DNA of 27,142 nucleotides from the NCBI GenBank assembly GCA_051439505.1, contig JBFRWI010000091.1, forward strand, positions 1-27,142, in the 5' to 3' direction. The stretch comes from Hormoscilla sp. GTDB taxonomy: Bacteria > Cyanobacteriota > Cyanobacteriia > Cyanobacteriales > Desertifilaceae. Shown piece after piece: positions 17,919 through 27,142 of the stretch. The position numbers were made by a program, and so were the translations under genes. Position 1 is the stretch's first letter, and each line of letters opens with the position of its first letter. A model generated the notes under the pieces. It was given only the letters and a program-made list of their open reading frames with translations. It was not told the DNA's origin and made no database searches.

Positions 17919-18052
17919 GTAGTTATCGGGTGTGGGGTAAGAGTACCCTATGGGAGGGGCGGTGATATCTGTTACCAGAAATGAACAGCCCCCATCGGAA
18001 TCAAAATTACTCAATCTACAGTCAGATAATGTGGAGTGATGGGAGAATTGCC

Positions 18053-19150
18053 GTGGAAGCTAAATTATCTATTGATTTGCCTTTGAATTATACAGGTACT
18101 CGTCTGTTTTTGATGTTAGGAACGGGGCTAGGTGTAGCAGCCATAGTTCTGGATGGCATGGCAGGACGCCTAGGTACCGAAGGGTTCTCATCCCTGAGTG
18201 TGCCATTTTGGTTGTCGGCCTCGGTAACGGCGTTCCTGGGCTACTGGGTAGTGCCGTGGTTGCGGAGACTGAAAGCTGGTCAAGTGATCCGCGAGAATGG
18301 TCCCCAAGCCCATTTGAAAAAAGCAGGCACTCCGACAATGGGTGGGGTGTTTTTTATTCCAGCAGCAGTAATCTGCGCTACATTTTTATCGGGATTTAAC
18401 TCAAATGTGCTGGTCCTATCAAGCGTGACTCTATGCTATGGAGCGATCGGCTGTTACGATGATTGGAAAACCATCAACCGTCATGCCATTAAAGGCTTGT
18501 CGCCTCGCAAGAAACTGGCATGGCAGACGGGTTTTGCGGTCCTCTTTTGTATCTGGCTAGCCGGGAGTCAACCCGCAAGTATTACCACGATTCTCTTGCC
18601 TTTTGGTATCGCTATTCCCCTAGGAATGTTATTCTGGCTGTTGGCGACCTTTGCGATGGTGGCAGAAAGTAATGCTGTTAATCTCACCGATGGGGTAGAT
18701 GGCTTGGCAGGGGGCACTAGCGCGATCGCCTTTATGGGGCTGGGAGCATTAATTGGCAATAGTTCTCCAGAATTAACGATCTTCTGTGCCTGTATGAGCG
18801 GCAGTTGCTTGGGCTTTTTGGCCTTCAATCGCAATCCGGCCAAGGTGTTCATGGGGGATACGGGTTCTCTAGCACTGGGAGGTTCCTTGGCTGCTGTCGC
18901 CATACTCAGTAGTAACATTTGGGGTTTATTTATCATCAGCGGGATATTCTTCGCAGAAACTCTTTCGGTGATGGCACAGGTAAGCTACTTCAAAGCTACT
19001 AAAGGACCGGACGGCGTGGGCAAGCGACTGTTGAAGATGGCACCGCTACATCATCATTTAGAATTATCTGGGTGGCTGGAAACTCAAGTAGTCGGCCTGT
19101 TTTATCTGATTAACGGAATGTTAGCATTCCTCTGTTTTAACATTCATTAA
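18053..19150 (+). CDS. mraY: Phospho-N-acetylmuramoyl-pentapeptide transferase
   Basis: HLKKAGTPTMGG, DD, SNAVNLTDGVDGL, NPAKVFMGDTGSL, MAPLHHHLE; start likely GTG 18053 (in frame with the 17981 ORF). Confidence 0.96.
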   Translation: MEAKLSIDLPLNYTGTRLFLMLGTGLGVAAIVLDGMAGRLGTEGFSSLSVPFWLSASVTAFLGYWVVPWLRRLKAGQVIRENGPQAHLKKAGTPTMGGVFFIPAAVICATFLSGFNSNVLVLSSVTLCYGAIGCYDDWKTINRHAIKGLSPRKKLAWQTGFAVLFCIWLAGSQPASITTILLPFGIAIPLGMLFWLLATFAMVAESNAVNLTDGVDGLAGGTSAIAFMGLGALIGNSSPELTIFCACMSGSCLGFLAFNRNPAKVFMGDTGSLALGGSLAAVAILSSNIWGLFIISGIFFAETLSVMAQVSYFKATKGPDGVGKRLLKMAPLHHHLELSGWLETQVVGLFYLINGMLAFLCFNIH

Positions 19151-19171
19151 AACAATCACATTTCTTAACTT

Positions 19172-19208
19172 ATCGGGTGGGCATTGCCTATCCGATGTTT
19201 TTTATTTT
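19172..19208 (+). terminator. Intrinsic terminator of mraY built from a GGTGGGCA repeat copy
   Basis: ATCGGGTGGGC-ATT-GCCTATCCGAT followed by GTTTTTTATTTT. Confidence 0.75.
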
Positions 19209-19390
19209 GATGTTAATTTGTCAAACCAACTCATTAATTGCTGGCGCGGAGTAGGCCAGAAAAAAATATTCCGAATTAAGCATTTACCTGAGGTTATAGG
19301 TTTTTCCCTGTGGCAACCGATCGGTAAATCAGATAACCAGTTCTTGACAATTCGCAACCCGGACAGCTAGAGTAGAGATTAGTCAGATGA

Positions 19391-20758
19391 TTGCGGGGAA
19401 AAAGAATAATGTTGCTCACTCGACATCGAATAATTGTGGTAGTTTGTGTTGCTTGCACATTAGGAGGATCCTGGTTTCCTGTCCGGTCTCAAGAAGTCCG
19501 GTATTCAGAGGTGGCCGCTCAGACCGCAAAGGCAACAATTACCAATCAAGATCCTAAAATTAATATAGAAGAGCTGGAATTATTGACAAAACCCCTGACT
19601 AAAGAAGAGTTAGAGAACGAGGCAGCAGCATGGTTGCTCTTGCTCAAGGCCAAGGTGTCCGAAATTAGCAAGGCTGAGATTGCCATCAGGCGCAGCGATC
19701 GGGTGGGCACAAAGGACGCGGAGATGGAACTGGTAGTCAAAACTACTAGGCTTCAGGATGAGCGATCGCGGCTGATCGATCGCTTTAATGTCGTGTTAAG
19801 AGCCCTGGAGGCCAAAGGAGGGGAGGTTAAGCAGTACCAACAGTATATTAAAGCCGTTCGAGGGTTAGAGCTAGACTGGAGCGATCCCAAATTATTATGG
19901 CTGACGATCGTCGATTGGAGCAAGTCTGAAGAAGGGGGTCGGCGCTGGGCTGTGAATATAGGTAAGTTCCTAGGTATTATGGCTGGCTCCACCATCCTAT
20001 CGATCGCACTCGGCAAGATAGTCAATATAATTCTCTTGAAGGTGGAATATGCCGGAAATCTGTTTCGTGAATTTATCGTCATGCTGATCGACCGGGGGGG
20101 GATCGTAGTTGGTTTTCTGGTAGCTTTGAGCGCACTAGAAGTAAGTCTCGCGCCCATTTTAACCCTGGTCGGCGGTGCAAGTTTCATCCTGGCCTTTGCT
20201 TTCCAACACAACCTTGGGAACCTCGTCAGTGGGTTGATGCTGATGTTCTACAAGCCGTTTGATGTGGGTGATGAAATCGAGTTGGCTGGTATTTGGGGTT
20301 TTGTCGAATCGATCACCCTGGCTAGTACGATCGTGAAAACGAACAACAATCAGATAATTATTCTGCCCAACAACTCGGTATGGCATGGGATGATTACGAA
20401 TAATACAACTACTGGGAGTCGCCGGATCGACTTACCGATCCGGATAGGCTTTAGTGAAAATATTCCCAAAGTTGAGGAACTGCTCATAGAAATCGCCAAA
20501 TCCCACCCCAAGGTGTTGGAAGATCCCAAACCGAAAACCAAGGTGGCCTCAATTGGAGATTCTTTCATCACGGTCCGCATCAGACCCTGGGTGATACCAT
20601 CTGATTACCGGAATGTTTCCTCCGATCTGTTCCGCATGATTAAGGCGAGATTTGACAAAGAGGGCATCTCTATCCCCTATCCACAGCAGGATATTCACCT
20701 CGATCGTGCTGCTTTAACTCCGACAACTGACCTGACTCCAAAACAACCCAAAGATTAA
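19391..20758 (+). CDS. Small-conductance mechanosensitive channel (MscS family) with N-terminal extracytoplasmic coiled-coil
   Basis: Signal-like N-terminus, TM helices, AFAFQ..LGNLVSG.M.MFYKPFDVGD.I, G.V..I.L.ST, ILPN, GISIPYPQQDIHL; start uncertain. Confidence 0.9.
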   Translation: MRGKRIMLLTRHRIIVVVCVACTLGGSWFPVRSQEVRYSEVAAQTAKATITNQDPKINIEELELLTKPLTKEELENEAAAWLLLLKAKVSEISKAEIAIRRSDRVGTKDAEMELVVKTTRLQDERSRLIDRFNVVLRALEAKGGEVKQYQQYIKAVRGLELDWSDPKLLWLTIVDWSKSEEGGRRWAVNIGKFLGIMAGSTILSIALGKIVNIILLKVEYAGNLFREFIVMLIDRGGIVVGFLVALSALEVSLAPILTLVGGASFILAFAFQHNLGNLVSGLMLMFYKPFDVGDEIELAGIWGFVESITLASTIVKTNNNQIIILPNNSVWHGMITNNTTTGSRRIDLPIRIGFSENIPKVEELLIEIAKSHPKVLEDPKPKTKVASIGDSFITVRIRPWVIPSDYRNVSSDLFRMIKARFDKEGISIPYPQQDIHLDRAALTPTTDLTPKQPKD

Positions 20759-20842
20759 CAGTTAAGTAGGTGGACAAAAATATTTACAGATTCTATGCGC
20801 GTTCGCTTAACCGATCGAGGGTGGGCGGTGCCCACCCTACGA

Positions 20843-21724
20843 CTACAAGAGACTCCCGGCAATCATTCCTGCTAGTAAGATAAAGCCAATTCCTACATTC
20901 TGGCGGAAGACTTGACCGTAGAGTCCACTAGGGATATCCTCCTGATGTAGCTGAAAACAATGCCGGACCCAACCCCCGATCGCCACCCCTAGGGCTAGCC
21001 AAAAAACCCAGTGCAGTTGCATCGCTATGGCCAGCCATCCCAGGAGTATGGCTGTACTAGCGAAGAAAATGGCCACGGCGTCGGGGGCCCGATCGCCGAA
21101 AAATAAGGCGCTAGAATTCACCCCAATACGGCGATCGTCTTCCCGGTCTGCCATAGCGTAGACAGTATCAAAGCCCAAGGTCCAGAGAACAACGGCACCC
21201 CAGAGGATCCAAGTCGGTGATTCTAAGCGTTCGGCAGCGGCAGTCCAGCTAATTAACACCGCAAACCCCCAAGCAATTGATAGCACCAGTTGGGGAACTG
21301 GGAAGATCCGCTTAGCTGAAGGATAGAAAACGATGACTGGCACTGCTGCCACGCACAGCCCAAAACACAAAGGATTCAGATATAGTGCCAGTATCCCCGC
21401 ACAGGCTAATGCGACCAAGGCAACTACTACACCGACCTTTACTGATAGGGCCCGGGATGCTAAGGGGCGAGTGCGGGTGCGTTCCACTTGCGGGTCAATA
21501 TCTCTGTCCCAGAGGTCATTGATAACGCACCCAGCGCCACTCGTGGCTAAAGTGCCCAAGACAATCACAGCCACTAGGGACACCGGTGGCGTTCCCCGCG
21601 CTGCTAAAAACACTGCCCACAGGGCAGGTATCATTAAAATCAGGCGTCCTGCTGGCTTGTCCCACCTCAGTAGTCGGATGACAGTCTGCCAGGTCGGTGG
21701 TTCTGGTTGTTGCTCGCTTAGCAT
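20843..21724 (-). CDS. ubiA: 4-hydroxybenzoate solanesyl (polyprenyl) transferase, UbiA family
   Basis: LLRWDKPAG, NDLWDRDID..VERT..RPLAS, Y..AKR, FDTVYAMADREDD. Confidence 0.94.
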   Translation of the reverse strand: MLSEQQPEPPTWQTVIRLLRWDKPAGRLILMIPALWAVFLAARGTPPVSLVAVIVLGTLATSGAGCVINDLWDRDIDPQVERTRTRPLASRALSVKVGVVVALVALACAGILALYLNPLCFGLCVAAVPVIVFYPSAKRIFPVPQLVLSIAWGFAVLISWTAAAERLESPTWILWGAVVLWTLGFDTVYAMADREDDRRIGVNSSALFFGDRAPDAVAIFFASTAILLGWLAIAMQLHWVFWLALGVAIGGWVRHCFQLHQEDIPSGLYGQVFRQNVGIGFILLAGMIAGSLL

Positions 21725-21749
21725 AATCCTTCTAGATCTTGCCCTATGT

Positions 21750-22046
21750 TTACGTTATTTCATAATCTACCGCCAGGATGTCTGCCCTGATGGGTTTGAT
21801 GAGCTGAGCCACGACTTCCTGGTGGGCCGGGTGGACTTGGTAGCTTTTCAGGGCTTCGGTGTCCGCAAACCTCACTACTAAGCCATGTTGAAACCCTTGC
21901 CCCCGTTCTGAGAAATTCTCCCCGCAGGAGAGGTCGATAATTTCCGGGATTTTTCCTTTCAGCCCTTTGAGACCATCTATCACAGAGGCGATCGCTTCTG
22001 GGGAGGCATCGGGCTGCCACTTGAATAAAACAATATGTTCGATCAT
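21750..22046 (-). CDS. Dabb family (stress-responsive A/B barrel) protein
   Basis: MIEHIVLFK, LKGKIP.I, GENFS.R..GF.HGL...F, Y..HPAH, DY. Confidence 0.9.
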   Translation of the reverse strand: MIEHIVLFKWQPDASPEAIASVIDGLKGLKGKIPEIIDLSCGENFSERGQGFQHGLVVRFADTEALKSYQVHPAHQEVVAQLIKPIRADILAVDYEIT

Positions 22047-22047
22047 C

Positions 22048-22082
22048 GTCAATTGTCAATGGTGAATGGTGAATGGCTAATG
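22048..22082. repeat. STRR heptamer repeat (5 units, about GT(C/G)AATG)
   Basis: gtcaatt gtcaatg gtgaatg gtgaatg gctaatg, directly upstream of the Dabb ATG. Confidence 0.75.
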
Positions 22083-22246
22083 GTTTTTACGCAGTCTAGC
22101 GCTATTGTTAATTATAACTTAACAGGAACCATTAAGCTTTGCCGATTTTAATCAATGGTAGTGAGTATTGCTGACGAATAATAGGTGAATCCTATTGCTA
22201 TATCATTATTAGTGGATAGAAAATTGTGAGAAGTTGATAGGTATAT

Positions 22247-23890
22247 ATGCTTGATTCCATCTTAGAGGGTAAAGAGCAGGTAGTAAAGACGAGTTCACTG
22301 GCTGTGGATGCAGAAATTACTCTGGCGGCGATCGATGTGGGGACGAACTCGGTTCACATGGTGGTAGTGCGGATCCAACCCTCACTGCCAGCGTTTACGA
22401 TCATTGCCCGGGAAAAGGAAACCGTCAGGCTGGGGGATAGAGAACCCAAGACGGGTAAGTTGAAACCGGAACCGATGTCAAAGGCGATCGCCGCTTTCGG
22501 ACGGTTTCTGGAAATTGCCAAAAGCCTGAACGTGCAACAGACGATCGCGGTAGCCACCAGTGCGGTGCGAGAGGCTCCCAATGGACGGGACTTCCTCAAG
22601 CAGGTAAAATCCGAGTTGGGGCTGTTCATTAACTTAATCTCCGGACCAGAGGAAGCCAGAAGAATATATCTGGGTGTCTTGTCGGCGATGGAGTTCAACG
22701 GTCAACCCCATATCGTTATTGATATCGGTGGCGGTTCGACGGAATTAATCTTAGGAGACGGTCGGGACCCGCGCAGCTTGAGCAGTACCAAAGTGGGTGC
22801 GGTGCGACTCACGGCTGAGTATATCACTACTGACCCCATCAGCGATCGGGAATTTCTGTATCTGCAAGCTTACGTGCAGGGGAGGCTAGAACGTCCGGTT
22901 GAGGAATTGCAGGCTCATTTACAGCCCCCCGAAAAACCTCGTTTAGTGGGAACTTCTGGGACGATCGAAACCCTGGGCATGATTGACGCCTACAATCAGT
23001 TGGGGGTGGTCCCGACTCCCCTGACTGGCTATGAACTGAGCAAAAAAAACCTGCGCGCATTAGTCGATCGCTTGCGCAAGCTTTCCGAGTCCGAACGGGC
23101 GGAAATTCCGGCCATGCCCGAGAAGCGATCGGAAATCATCCTGGCGGGGGCAGTAATTTTACTCGAAACAATGGAACTGCTGGGTCTTGATTCTGTGATA
23201 ATTTGCGAACGCAGTCTGCGAGAAGGAATTATTGTTGATTGGATGCTCGCCCGAGGCTTAATTTCTGATAAGCTATGCTACCAGAGTGAGGTGCGCGATC
23301 GCAGCGCGATCAAAGTTGCCCATAAATACCAGGTAGATATAGAAGCTGCTCGGCGAATTGCCGATTTTTCTCTGAGTCTATTTGACCAAACTCAGGGTAT
23401 TTTACACCGCTGGGGACCGGAAGAACGGGAACTGCTTTGGGCGGCAGCAATTTTGCACAATTGTGGTGTTTATATCAGTCATGCTGCCCATCACAAGCAT
23501 TCTTATTATCTGATCCGTAACGGAGAACTGCTGGGTTATACGGAGACAGAGGTGGAAGTAATTGCTAATATAGCCCGGTATCACCGCAAGAGTCCGCCGA
23601 AGAAGAAACACGAAAATTACAACAATTTAGCTAGTAAAAGGCATCGGGAGATGGTGGCGCAATTAAGTCCCCTGCTGCGACTAGCTGTGGCCCTCGATCG
23701 GCGTCACATTGGCGCGATTAAAGCAGTGCAGTGTGAATATAAATCAAAGGAAAAAGAATTGCACCTGCAGATGCAACCTGCTAATCCGGATGATAACTGT
23801 GAATTAGAATTCTGGAGTTTGGATGAGAAAAAGCCCGTTTTTGAAGCGGAGTATGGGGTGAAGTTAGTGCCGATTTTGTCCCGGGGTTAA
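22247..23890 (+). CDS. ppx: Exopolyphosphatase / Ppx-GppA family
   Basis: AAIDVGTNS, ATSAVREA.N, ISG.EEAR, DIGGGSTE, LREG and an HD-like C-terminal domain (LHNCG, HHKHSYY). Confidence 0.95.
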   Translation: MLDSILEGKEQVVKTSSLAVDAEITLAAIDVGTNSVHMVVVRIQPSLPAFTIIAREKETVRLGDREPKTGKLKPEPMSKAIAAFGRFLEIAKSLNVQQTIAVATSAVREAPNGRDFLKQVKSELGLFINLISGPEEARRIYLGVLSAMEFNGQPHIVIDIGGGSTELILGDGRDPRSLSSTKVGAVRLTAEYITTDPISDREFLYLQAYVQGRLERPVEELQAHLQPPEKPRLVGTSGTIETLGMIDAYNQLGVVPTPLTGYELSKKNLRALVDRLRKLSESERAEIPAMPEKRSEIILAGAVILLETMELLGLDSVIICERSLREGIIVDWMLARGLISDKLCYQSEVRDRSAIKVAHKYQVDIEAARRIADFSLSLFDQTQGILHRWGPEERELLWAAAILHNCGVYISHAAHHKHSYYLIRNGELLGYTETEVEVIANIARYHRKSPPKKKHENYNNLASKRHREMVAQLSPLLRLAVALDRRHIGAIKAVQCEYKSKEKELHLQMQPANPDDNCELEFWSLDEKKPVFEAEYGVKLVPILSRG

Positions 23891-23908
23891 CTATAATTTA
23901 TAAATTGT

Positions 23909-23933
23909 CGGTTGGGTCCACGTTACCCAACCG
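23909..23933 (+). terminator. Stem-loop downstream of ppx
   Basis: CGGTTGGGT-ccacgtt-ACCCAACCG, a perfect 9-bp stem without a strong U tract. Confidence 0.45.
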
Positions 23934-24148
23934 GGATCATTATTTATAAATCCCGCCTAAGAAGAGCGCAAATGGCCACAATCCTTAACCCATCCTCCTG
24001 CCGGAAATATCCAAAACCAATGGTGGGCATGGGTTTTGGTTTGCAGGTAGCCCAGGAAGCCCCGCTCTAGTTTACAAATCTTAATATAAAAGAAGCATGG
24101 CACATATTAGAATGATGGAGTGGAAAAACTGAAAACGGAGAATTGAAT

Positions 24149-24631
24149 ATGTCAGATATGGATACAGACCGTCGGCGGTGGCTGATGAAGGAATTGTATG
24201 GGATGAAAACAGCCCCACCGGATGGAGACTATGAAGCCTTGGTGAAAGCAATTCTCATCTGTACAAAAGGAGATGGGGTGCTAGCACCAGAAGAAAGAAA
24301 CTGGCTTGTTGGTCGTGCTGCCTGTTATAATACCAATTCCGAGTATGAACTGGCAAAAACTTACCAGGCAGATGAGGATTTACTTCAGGTTATCGCCCAG
24401 GCCCCCACTCTAAACAAAACCGGTCGTCGTGCGGTGATTTATAATGCCATTAAGGCTTGTTCTGCTGATGGAGAATACCATCCAGATGAACGGGCATCCG
24501 TCCATAAACTGGCCAAATATCTTGGGATTGAAGAAGATGTAGTTAATCAGATTGAAGAAATTTGCATCGAGGAAGCTAAGACCCGAGAAAAACGGATTGC
24601 CGTACTGTTTCCCGAAGGCATCCCTTATTAG
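24149..24631 (+). CDS. TerB-like helical protein of unknown function
   Basis: GGAG RBS then ATG 24149; duplicated TerB-type motifs GDGVLAPEER and ADGEYHPDER...LAKYLGI. Confidence 0.7.
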   Translation: MSDMDTDRRRWLMKELYGMKTAPPDGDYEALVKAILICTKGDGVLAPEERNWLVGRAACYNTNSEYELAKTYQADEDLLQVIAQAPTLNKTGRRAVIYNAIKACSADGEYHPDERASVHKLAKYLGIEEDVVNQIEEICIEEAKTREKRIAVLFPEGIPY

Positions 24632-24646
24632 GTGTTAATTGAGAGT

Positions 24647-24686
24647 GATGATGTTGTTGAATGATTTACATGTAAACAACATCATC
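24647..24686 (+). terminator. 12-bp perfect inverted repeat after the TerB-like gene
   Basis: GATGATGTTGTT (24647-24658) and AACAACATCATC (24675-24686); overlaps the palindrome TTTACATGTAAA (24665-24676). Confidence 0.5.
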
Positions 24687-24784
24687 GCCTTAGATGAAGA
24701 CAGCCTCTGAATGTTGGGTAGAATGACAGTGAAATAAGAGTAATGGAAAAAGCTCCCAGGCTTGCTATATAAACATTTAAACAA

Positions 24785-25459
24785 ATGACGATCTCAAGAG
24801 TGCTGGAACCGGAAGTAATGGATACTTGGGAAGATGCCGTTGAGTACGACTCGATGGACTTCACTGAGGTAAACTCAGCCTTTGCCCAACTGGCGGTAGA
24901 ATTAGGACCCCAAGGGGGTTTAGTCCTGGATGTGGGCACCGGAACCTGCCGCATTCCTATTCTAATTGCCCAGATGCGCCCGACTTGGCAGATATGGGCG
25001 ATCGACCTCTCGGAAAATATGCTTCAGATCGGCGCACGGAATGTGGAGAAGGCCGGGTTGCAAGAACAGATTAAACTGGAACGGGTTGATGGCAAGCAGG
25101 TGCCTTATCCAGATAGTATGTTTGACATGGTAATTTCCAATGGCACCGTCCATCACCTGCCAGATACCCTGCCATTTTTCCGGGAAGTAAAGCGACTGCT
25201 AAAACCAGGGGGCAGCATTTTGATCCGGGATTTAATCCGCCCCCCTGATGTGGCGACAATGGATGCTTTGGTTGCTAGTATCGGTGGGGAGTATAATCAG
25301 TATCAGACCAAGTTATTTCGGGATTCTCTGCATGCTGCTTTGACTCTCGACGAGGTCAAGCAGATGGTGTTAGATGCTGGGTTGTCAGGGGTAAGGGTTT
25401 ATCAATCTTCTGACATACATTGGACAGCGGAACGTCCCGACAGTGAAGAGCGATCGTGA
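24785..25459 (+). CDS. Class I SAM-dependent methyltransferase
   Basis: VLDVGTGT motif I, IDLS.NML, FDMVISN..HHL, RLLKPGG. Confidence 0.92.
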   Translation: MTISRVLEPEVMDTWEDAVEYDSMDFTEVNSAFAQLAVELGPQGGLVLDVGTGTCRIPILIAQMRPTWQIWAIDLSENMLQIGARNVEKAGLQEQIKLERVDGKQVPYPDSMFDMVISNGTVHHLPDTLPFFREVKRLLKPGGSILIRDLIRPPDVATMDALVASIGGEYNQYQTKLFRDSLHAALTLDEVKQMVLDAGLSGVRVYQSSDIHWTAERPDSEERS

Positions 25460-25482
25460 TTGCCTTATGTGAACCGACCGTT

Positions 25483-27142
25483 ATGAAATTAGGAATGTCA
25501 AAATCGAATAGCGATCGCAGCGTTACGGTAGGCGATCGGCACCTCTCGATCGAAGAGGTGGTCAGCGTGGCCCGTTATGGAACGCAGACGAACCTCAGCG
25601 AAAATCCCAAGATTTGGCAGGGGGTGCAAGCTTCGGTTGACTATATCAGCGAGGCCCTGGCTAGCAACAAGCCCATTTATGGGGTGACCACCGGCTTCGG
25701 GGGAATGGCAAATACCGTCATCTCGCCGGAAGAGGCTGCTGAGTTGCAAAACAATCTTCTATGGTTTCACAAAGCCGGGGCTGGAAAGCGCTTGCCCTCT
25801 GAGGCTGTGCGGGCGGCGATGCTGTTGCGGATGAACTCTCATTTGCAGGGGGCATCTGGCATCCGCAGGGAACTGATCGAACGCATGCAAATCTTCCTCA
25901 ATGCTGGCGTGACGCCCTACGTCTACGAATTGGGTTCAATTGGAGCCAGCGGCGATCTCGTCCCCTTAACTTACATTACCGGAGCCTTAATTGGTGCAGA
26001 CCCCGCATTCAAAGTGGACTTCAACGGCGAGGAGATGTCTGCGGTTGAAGCCCTCAAGCGGCTGAACTTACCTCGGTTGAGCCTGGAGGCTAAAGAAGGA
26101 CTGGCAATGGTGAACGGCACCTCTGTGATGACAGGCATGGCAGCCCTGTGCGTTAGCGAGGCCCAAATGTTGCTCGCCTTAGCAATGGGTACTCATGCCC
26201 TGCTGATTCAAGGGTTAGGGGGTACAAATCAGTCGTTTCATCCGTTTATTCACGCCCTTAAGCCCCACAAGGGTCAGATTTGGGCGGCAGGGGAAATGGT
26301 CAAATTGCTTTCGGGCTCCAGTTTGATCCGCGACGAGTTGTCCGGCGGGGCCTCCCACCAGGGAAATGCCCCGATCCAAGACCGCTATTCCCTCCGCTGC
26401 TTGCCCCAGTACCTGGGACCATTGGTCGATGGCTTGAAAGAAATTACCGAGCAAATCGAAGTGGAAATTAATTCGGTTACGGACAATCCTTTAATTGACA
26501 CGGACGGTCATACTACCTATCACGGCGGGAATTTCCTGGGTCAGTACGTGGGCATGGCGATGGATCGCTTGCGCCATGTTCTGGGTTTGATGGCTAAGCA
26601 TCTGGACGCCCAAATTGCCTTGGTGGTGGCACCGGAATTTAGTAATGGACTTTCTCCTTCTTTGGTGGGCAATTCTGCCAATCTTGTCAATATGGGCCTC
26701 AAGGCGCTGCAAATTACTGGTAACTCGATTATGCCCCTGTTGACGTTTTATGGAAATTCCCTGGTCGATCGCTTCCCGACTCATGCGGAACAATTCAATC
26801 AAAATATTAACTCTCAAGGGTTTGGCTCGACTAATTTAACGCGGCAATCCCTGGAACTGTTCTCGCAATATATGGCTGTTTCCTTGATGTTTGGCGTGCA
26901 AGCTGTTGACCTGCGGACCTTCATGGTGGTCGGCCATTACGACGCCCGGGACGGTTTGTCCCCCGAAACGGTGCCTCTGTACGAAGCCGTGCGCGAAGTG
27001 GTGGGCAGGCCGCCGAGTTTTGAACGTCCTTATATCTGGAACGATCGCGAACAATTTCTGGATCTGCACATTGCCCGGTTGGCCCAAGATTTGACCGCAG
27101 GCGATCGGGTTGCCCGGGCGGCTAACAACATTTTGTCCCGCT
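25483..27142 (+). CDS. MIO-dependent aromatic amino acid ammonia-lyase, cyanobacterial phenylalanine ammonia-lyase-like (3' end just beyond the window)
   Basis: Translated by hand from ATG 25483 (or 25495): IYGVTTGFG, GSIGASGDL (ASG at 25945-25953), KEGLAMVNGT, QDRYSLRC, HGGNF and HAEQFNQNINSQG are all in one frame that reaches the window end. It is absent from the ORF track because no stop lies in the window. Confidence 0.93.
   Translation, partial: MKLGMSKSNSDRSVTVGDRHLSIEEVVSVARYGTQTNLSENPKIWQGVQASVDYISEALASNKPIYGVTTGFGGMANTVISPEEAAELQNNLLWFHKAGAGKRLPSEAVRAAMLLRMNSHLQGASGIRRELIERMQIFLNAGVTPYVYELGSIGASGDLVPLTYITGALIGADPAFKVDFNGEEMSAVEALKRLNLPRLSLEAKEGLAMVNGTSVMTGMAALCVSEAQMLLALAMGTHALLIQGLGGTNQSFHPFIHALKPHKGQIWAAGEMVKLLSGSSLIRDELSGGASHQGNAPIQDRYSLRCLPQYLGPLVDGLKEITEQIEVEINSVTDNPLIDTDGHTTYHGGNFLGQYVGMAMDRLRHVLGLMAKHLDAQIALVVAPEFSNGLSPSLVGNSANLVNMGLKALQITGNSIMPLLTFYGNSLVDRFPTHAEQFNQNINSQGFGSTNLTRQSLELFSQYMAVSLMFGVQAVDLRTFMVVGHYDARDGLSPETVPLYEAVREVVGRPPSFERPYIWNDREQFLDLHIARLAQDLTAGDRVARAANNILSR

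Noticed and set aside
20762..20790. TTAAGTAGGTGGACAAAAAT after mscS, resembling a MITE end
   Set aside because: No matching inverted end was found nearby, and it is too short to support a call.
21333..21881. 182-aa plus-strand ORF and similar overlapping ORFs (for example 19753..20211, 12399..12773)
   Set aside because: They are antisense to well-supported genes and show no recognisable motifs.
25498..27094. Short ORFs listed in the track over the last 1.6 kb
   Set aside because: They are antisense or out-of-frame shadows of the long ammonia-lyase frame.

Overview
Chromosomal window from a cyanobacterium (abundant HIP1 GCGATCGC, chlD, PAP/fibrillin, plastoquinone-type ubiA), probably a repeat-rich filamentous lineage. 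Most of it is core genome: pepP; the prfB-DUF3285-ybeY/dgkA-trpG-MBL cluster; a BI-1/YccA protein; two histidine kinases; chlD; a PD-(D/E)XK nuclease; fibrillin; DUF3134; mraY; MscS; ubiA/plqA; Dabb; ppx. The right end holds a TerB-like protein, a SAM methyltransferase and an MIO-dependent aromatic ammonia-lyase that the ORF track misses because it runs off the window. Notable points: ybeY and dgkA are fused in one frame; prfB keeps its +1 frameshift; the ammonia-lyase has a Phe-His specificity dyad; a non-coding 22-bp-period repeat structure at 2.1-2.9 kb has an array inside inverted repeats; a GIY-YIG nuclease plus small protein converge on a Uma2 nuclease; and small repeats supply several gene ends and terminators. 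No rRNA, tRNA, CRISPR array or intact transposase was found. All calls come from reading the sequence; no searches were run.
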